Source: Candidatus Thorarchaeota archaeon (GTDB taxonomy: Archaea > Asgardarchaeota > Thorarchaeia > Thorarchaeales > Thorarchaeaceae). Taken from it: a stretch of DNA of 11,095 nucleotides. Positions 8,046-11,095 of the stretch are shown here, piece by piece. The number at the start of each line of letters is the position of its first letter. The first letter of the stretch is position 1. Made by a program: the position numbers and the translations under genes. Location: positions 1 through 11,095 of the forward strand of contig JBHLRP010000068.1 in assembly GCA_048882485.1 (NCBI GenBank), written 5' to 3'. The notes beneath the pieces were generated by a model. The model was not told where the DNA came from and did not search any database. It saw only the letters and a program-made list of their open reading frames with translations.

Positions 8046-8564
8046 CTATATCCAAGCAGCAACATGGAAGAAGGCAAGTATTGGGGCGAAAAGCAGTGCT
8101 CTGACAACCAGTGATTGTCCTCTGGACTTGAGATCTCCGGAGAGTGGTGTGAAGTACATTATAGCTCCTGAAAGTATGCACACTGCTGCCACTATTTCAC
8201 CAATAGTCACTAGAAGAAACACGAGATCGGCGTCTGTCATGCCTATAAGACTCAACCATGCGCTTGTTGCGGTCTCCAAAGTAATGGGTCCGGTCCCGAT
8301 TATCCCCGCAAATAGGTCGAGAACAAAGGGACCCAGGATGTAAATCGCCACACCAGCGACTACAAGTGTCTTTCCGAGTCCGTCACTTAGGCCAGTGACA
8401 TAGATCATGAATCCTACAAGAACAAGCAGTAGATAGCCGCGGATGAATAATGCGAGCAGTAGATTGAGCATAAGTCCTGCTATGTCCATCCAAGGCCCAT
8501 AAGTCGGAATCTCGAATGGAGATTGAACCATTAATGATAGTATAGGAGGGACCATCAACTCCAC
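8046..8564 (-). CDS. Integral membrane protein (~4 TM helices) built from two similar helical-hairpin modules; possibly CedA1/VirB2 pilin-like
   Basis: Four long hydrophobic stretches; internal repeat VLVGFMIYVTGLSDGL---GKTLVV vs ILSGAIMYFTPLSGDLKSRGQSLVV; TTAAAT (8592-8587) centred ~26 nt upstream of the GTG fits a leaderless transcript. Confidence refers to it being a membrane protein CDS. Confidence 0.75.
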   Translation of the reverse strand: MELMVPPILSLMVQSPFEIPTYGPWMDIAGLMLNLLLALFIRGYLLLVLVGFMIYVTGLSDGLGKTLVVAGVAIYILGPFVLDLFAGIIGTGPITLETATSAWLSLIGMTDADLVFLLVTIGEIVAAVCILSGAIMYFTPLSGDLKSRGQSLVVRALLFAPILAFFHVAAWI

Positions 8565-8599
8565 GAAAGGTTGTCATGCTCAAGCCATTTAACCGCCAC

Positions 8600-9151
8600 T
8601 CATCCGAGCTCCTGCCTCAATATGTCAAAGTCTTCCTTCATTATGTCTTTGAACCTCGGAAACCTTAGGGCTGCTGCTGGGTGATAGGTGATGAAGAATT
8701 TGTGTCCCCCACCTTCGTAGAATTTTCCATGGGCATCACCCATCTTCCATGGACCAATTATGGATGAAACAGCGACCCCGCCTAGAAGGACAATGATTTG
8801 AGGATTGATTAACTCAATCTGACGATCAAGATAAGGTCTGCAGGCTTCTATCTCACTCCGAGTTGGAGTTCTGTTCTTTGGAGGTCTTGACTTCAAAATG
8901 GATGTGATAAAGACGTCACTTCTTGAGAGACCTATACCTGAGAGCAGCGTAGTGAGAAGTGCACCTGACCTTCCGACAAATGGACGCCCTGACTCATCCT
9001 CTCTGCCGCCTGGGGCCTCACCTACTAGCATCAACCTTGCATCAACTGGACCTTCACCAGGCACTGCATTCAAGCGGGATTCATGCAGCGGACATTTCAC
9101 GCATGCTTCAATCTCTGCATGAAGTTTATCCAAGTCCTTTTGACGAGTCAT
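8600..9151 (-). CDS. udg: Family-4 uracil-DNA glycosylase, atypical at two conserved positions
   Basis: CVKCPL, VPGEG, VGEAPG..ED..GRPFVGRSG, RPP.NRTP, EACRPYL, IVLLG, TYHPAAALR; TTTATC (9184-9179) upstream. Confidence 0.92.
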   Translation of the reverse strand: MTRQKDLDKLHAEIEACVKCPLHESRLNAVPGEGPVDARLMLVGEAPGGREDESGRPFVGRSGALLTTLLSGIGLSRSDVFITSILKSRPPKNRTPTRSEIEACRPYLDRQIELINPQIIVLLGGVAVSSIIGPWKMGDAHGKFYEGGGHKFFITYHPAAALRFPRFKDIMKEDFDILRQELG

Positions 9152-9208
9152 CTCTTGTCATTGGTGGTACTCGTACCCGATAAACCCCACTATGACTTTC
9201 AGGCACAA

Positions 9209-11017
9209 CTATTCTGCGATTTCGGACAACATCAGGCCAGAATCGGACATCTCCTGATATAGTGTCTGGAACTCGCGCTCCATCTTCTTCTCAATTGCAT
9301 CCAATGTTGAGTCATAGCTGTCCCAAGGCGAAATCTTCATTCGTGCAATATTATCAAGAACACTGAACTCGAGGAGTCTCCTGACTTGAACACCAACTCC
9401 AACAGCCTCCGCCATCTTGCGGGCGAAATTGATTATTACCCTTAGCATGCGATAGGTCTTTCCTGGTGGGCAATATGTGTCGATTTCATGCAGAGCACTC
9501 TGTGTGAGAAAGTCTTCCTTAATCATCCTTGCAGCTTCTAGAGTAGCACGTTCCGACTCAGGAAGGGCATCAGGTCCTACAAGCTGGACTATCTCACGGA
9601 GTTCTTGGTCCTTCTGCAAGAGAGCCATTGCCTCAGTCACTAGGTCAGGCCAATCAGCTCCAAGGTTCGCCTTGTGCCATTCCTCGAGAGTATTTTGATA
9701 GAGCGAGTAACTGGTCAGCGAATTAATCGCCGGGAAGAACCTGCGGGCAGCCAAGTCCTTGTCCAAAGCCCAAAATACTTTCACGATCCTCAATGTCGCT
9801 TGGGTCACTGGCTCTGAGAAATCGCCTCCAGGTGGTGAGACCGCACCGCAGATAGTTACGGAACCAAGACGCTCATCCGAGCCCAGAGTCCTCACTCGAC
9901 CACCCCTCTCGTAGAACTGAGCTAGTCTTGATCCAAGATATGCGGGGTATCCCTCCTCAGATGGAAGCTGGCCAAGTCGGCCAGATATCTCACGCAGTGC
10001 CTCCGCCCAACGAGAGGTCGAGTCTGCCATCAGAGCAACATCATAACCCTGGTCTCTAAAGTACTCTGCTAATGTTACTGCCACATAGATTGAGGCTTCA
10101 CGTGCAGCTACCGGCATATTTGAGGTGTTGGCAATGAGAACTGTTCGCTCCATCAAAGGACGACCACTCTGTGGATCTTTCAGATGAGGCCATTCCTCAA
10201 GAGCCTCTGTCATCTCGTTCCCACGTTCTCCACAACCAACGTAGACAACCACCTGAGCATCAGCCCACTTGGCGAACTGATGGAGTGTAACTGTCTTGCC
10301 TGTTCCGAATCCTCCAGGAATAGCTCCCGTGCCACCTTTAGCCTGTGGCATGAAAGTGTCAATGACTCTCTGACCAGTGACGAGAGGCGTGTCCATAGGG
10401 AAACGATCTTTGAAAGGTCGTCCAATCCTGACAGGAGTCTTTTGCAGCATTACCACGTCATGAACATCACCAAAGCTGTCCTTTACCTTACAGATTGTTT
10501 CTACAACTGTATACTCGCCAGGTGATACTATCTCAACAACTTCTCCTTTCACACCTATGGGAATAAGAATCTTTGATGTGATAATCTGTGTTTCAGGGAC
10601 CTCTCCGATGACATCACCAGGTTCAACCTGGTCGCCAACTTTGACTAGTGGTTTGAACTCCCATTTCTTCTCCTTATCTATTCCCTCGACTGTCAGACCT
10701 CTGGAGATGAAGTCACCAGACATATCACGAAGCTCTGGCAAGGGGCGCTGTATACCATCATAAATCGCACCAAGAAGACCAGGTCCTAGCTCTACCGACA
10801 GGGAATCCCCGGTGGGCTCAACTGGTTCACCGGGTGCTAACCCGGATGTTTCTTCGTACACCTGCACTGTGCAGGTACCTTCACCAACTTCGATGACCTC
10901 CCCTATGAGCTGTTCCTCACCCACACGTACGACTTCATACATGCGCACTGAGGGGAGCCCTACACACCTCACGACGGGTCCGGCAATGCTCTCAATTCTA
11001 CCAATATCGTGGCTCAT
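9209..11017 (-). CDS. atpA: A/V-type ATP synthase catalytic subunit A
   Basis: IAGPVV, QVYEETSGL, SVELGPGLL, DGIQRPL, Walker A GGFGTGKT, YVGCGERGNE, ANTSNMPVAAREAS, MADSTSRWAEALRE, EEGYPAYL, VSPPGGDFSEPVTQ. Start placed at ATG 11017 (GGAG 11030-11027, 9 nt upstream); the track's 11065 start overlaps atpF. Confidence 0.97.
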   Translation of the reverse strand: MSHDIGRIESIAGPVVRCVGLPSVRMYEVVRVGEEQLIGEVIEVGEGTCTVQVYEETSGLAPGEPVEPTGDSLSVELGPGLLGAIYDGIQRPLPELRDMSGDFISRGLTVEGIDKEKKWEFKPLVKVGDQVEPGDVIGEVPETQIITSKILIPIGVKGEVVEIVSPGEYTVVETICKVKDSFGDVHDVVMLQKTPVRIGRPFKDRFPMDTPLVTGQRVIDTFMPQAKGGTGAIPGGFGTGKTVTLHQFAKWADAQVVVYVGCGERGNEMTEALEEWPHLKDPQSGRPLMERTVLIANTSNMPVAAREASIYVAVTLAEYFRDQGYDVALMADSTSRWAEALREISGRLGQLPSEEGYPAYLGSRLAQFYERGGRVRTLGSDERLGSVTICGAVSPPGGDFSEPVTQATLRIVKVFWALDKDLAARRFFPAINSLTSYSLYQNTLEEWHKANLGADWPDLVTEAMALLQKDQELREIVQLVGPDALPESERATLEAARMIKEDFLTQSALHEIDTYCPPGKTYRMLRVIINFARKMAEAVGVGVQVRRLLEFSVLDNIARMKISPWDSYDSTLDAIEKKMEREFQTLYQEMSDSGLMLSEIAE

Positions 11018-11042
11018 CTTCATTTGCTCCATCATTGCAAGG

Positions 11043-11095
11043 TTAGACATTAATATCGATGCCAACGGCCCTCCGGATTAATTCTCGCAAGACGT
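11043..11095 (-). CDS. atpF: C-terminal end of A/V-type ATP synthase subunit F (truncated by window edge; not in the ORF track)
   Basis: Minus strand reads gtc ttg cga gaa tta atc cgg agg gcc gtt ggc atc gat att aat gtc taa = VLRELIRRAVGIDINV*, matching the typical subunit F tail (LI.RA[VI]G[VI]D[IL]), directly upstream of atpA as in the usual operon. Confidence 0.8.
   Translation of the reverse strand, partial: VLRELIRRAVGIDINV

Noticed and set aside
8600-9151. UdgX-type covalent UDG, or selenocysteine at the missing Cys
   Set aside because: No His ligand at that position and no KRRIH loop; the codon is TCA (Ser), not TGA.
7960-9208. Mobile element explaining the insertion between atpA and atpB
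   Set aside because: No transposase or integrase, terminal inverted repeats or target-site duplication seen, and no obvious compositional shift by eye.
9209-11017. Intein in AtpA
   Set aside because: Normal length (~602 aa); Walker A and GCGERGNE regions are uninterrupted.
11018-11065. Met-rich N-terminal extension of AtpA (MASILMSNLAMMEQMK)
   Set aside because: Overlaps the atpF tail in another frame; the SD position favours ATG 11017.
372-11081. Short antisense or alternate-frame ORFs inside the main genes (e.g. 372-659, 1834-2163, 5080-5538, 8029-8343, 10184-10525, 10812-11081)
   Set aside because: Lie within or largely overlap well-supported genes, are often Ser-rich as expected for shadow frames, and carry no motifs.

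Overview
Archaeal chromosomal window; the gene styles suggest an Asgard archaeon, possibly Thorarchaeia (inference, not tested). Order: 3' part of a Hef/FANCM-type helicase-ERCC4 nuclease (+, open at the left edge); two winged-HTH regulators (-) separated by a hairpin-rich spacer; a ~415 bp divergent intergenic region with nested inverted repeats; a + strand cluster of archaeal GlmU, a B12-binding-like radical SAM enzyme and a DUF2095-like protein; and a - strand A/V-type ATP synthase segment. That segment reads atpF (last codons only, missing from the ORF track), atpA, a family-4 uracil-DNA glycosylase, a four-helix membrane protein, then atpB, with no atpD after it. Best leads: (1) two unrelated genes split atpA from atpB; (2) the membrane protein is an internal duplication of a module resembling CedA1/VirB2-type pilins; (3) the UDG has Ser in place of both a [4Fe-4S] Cys ligand and the uracil-pocket Asn; (4) a small basic wHTH gene has structured DNA/RNA on both sides. 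No tRNA, rRNA, CRISPR, transposase or intein was seen.
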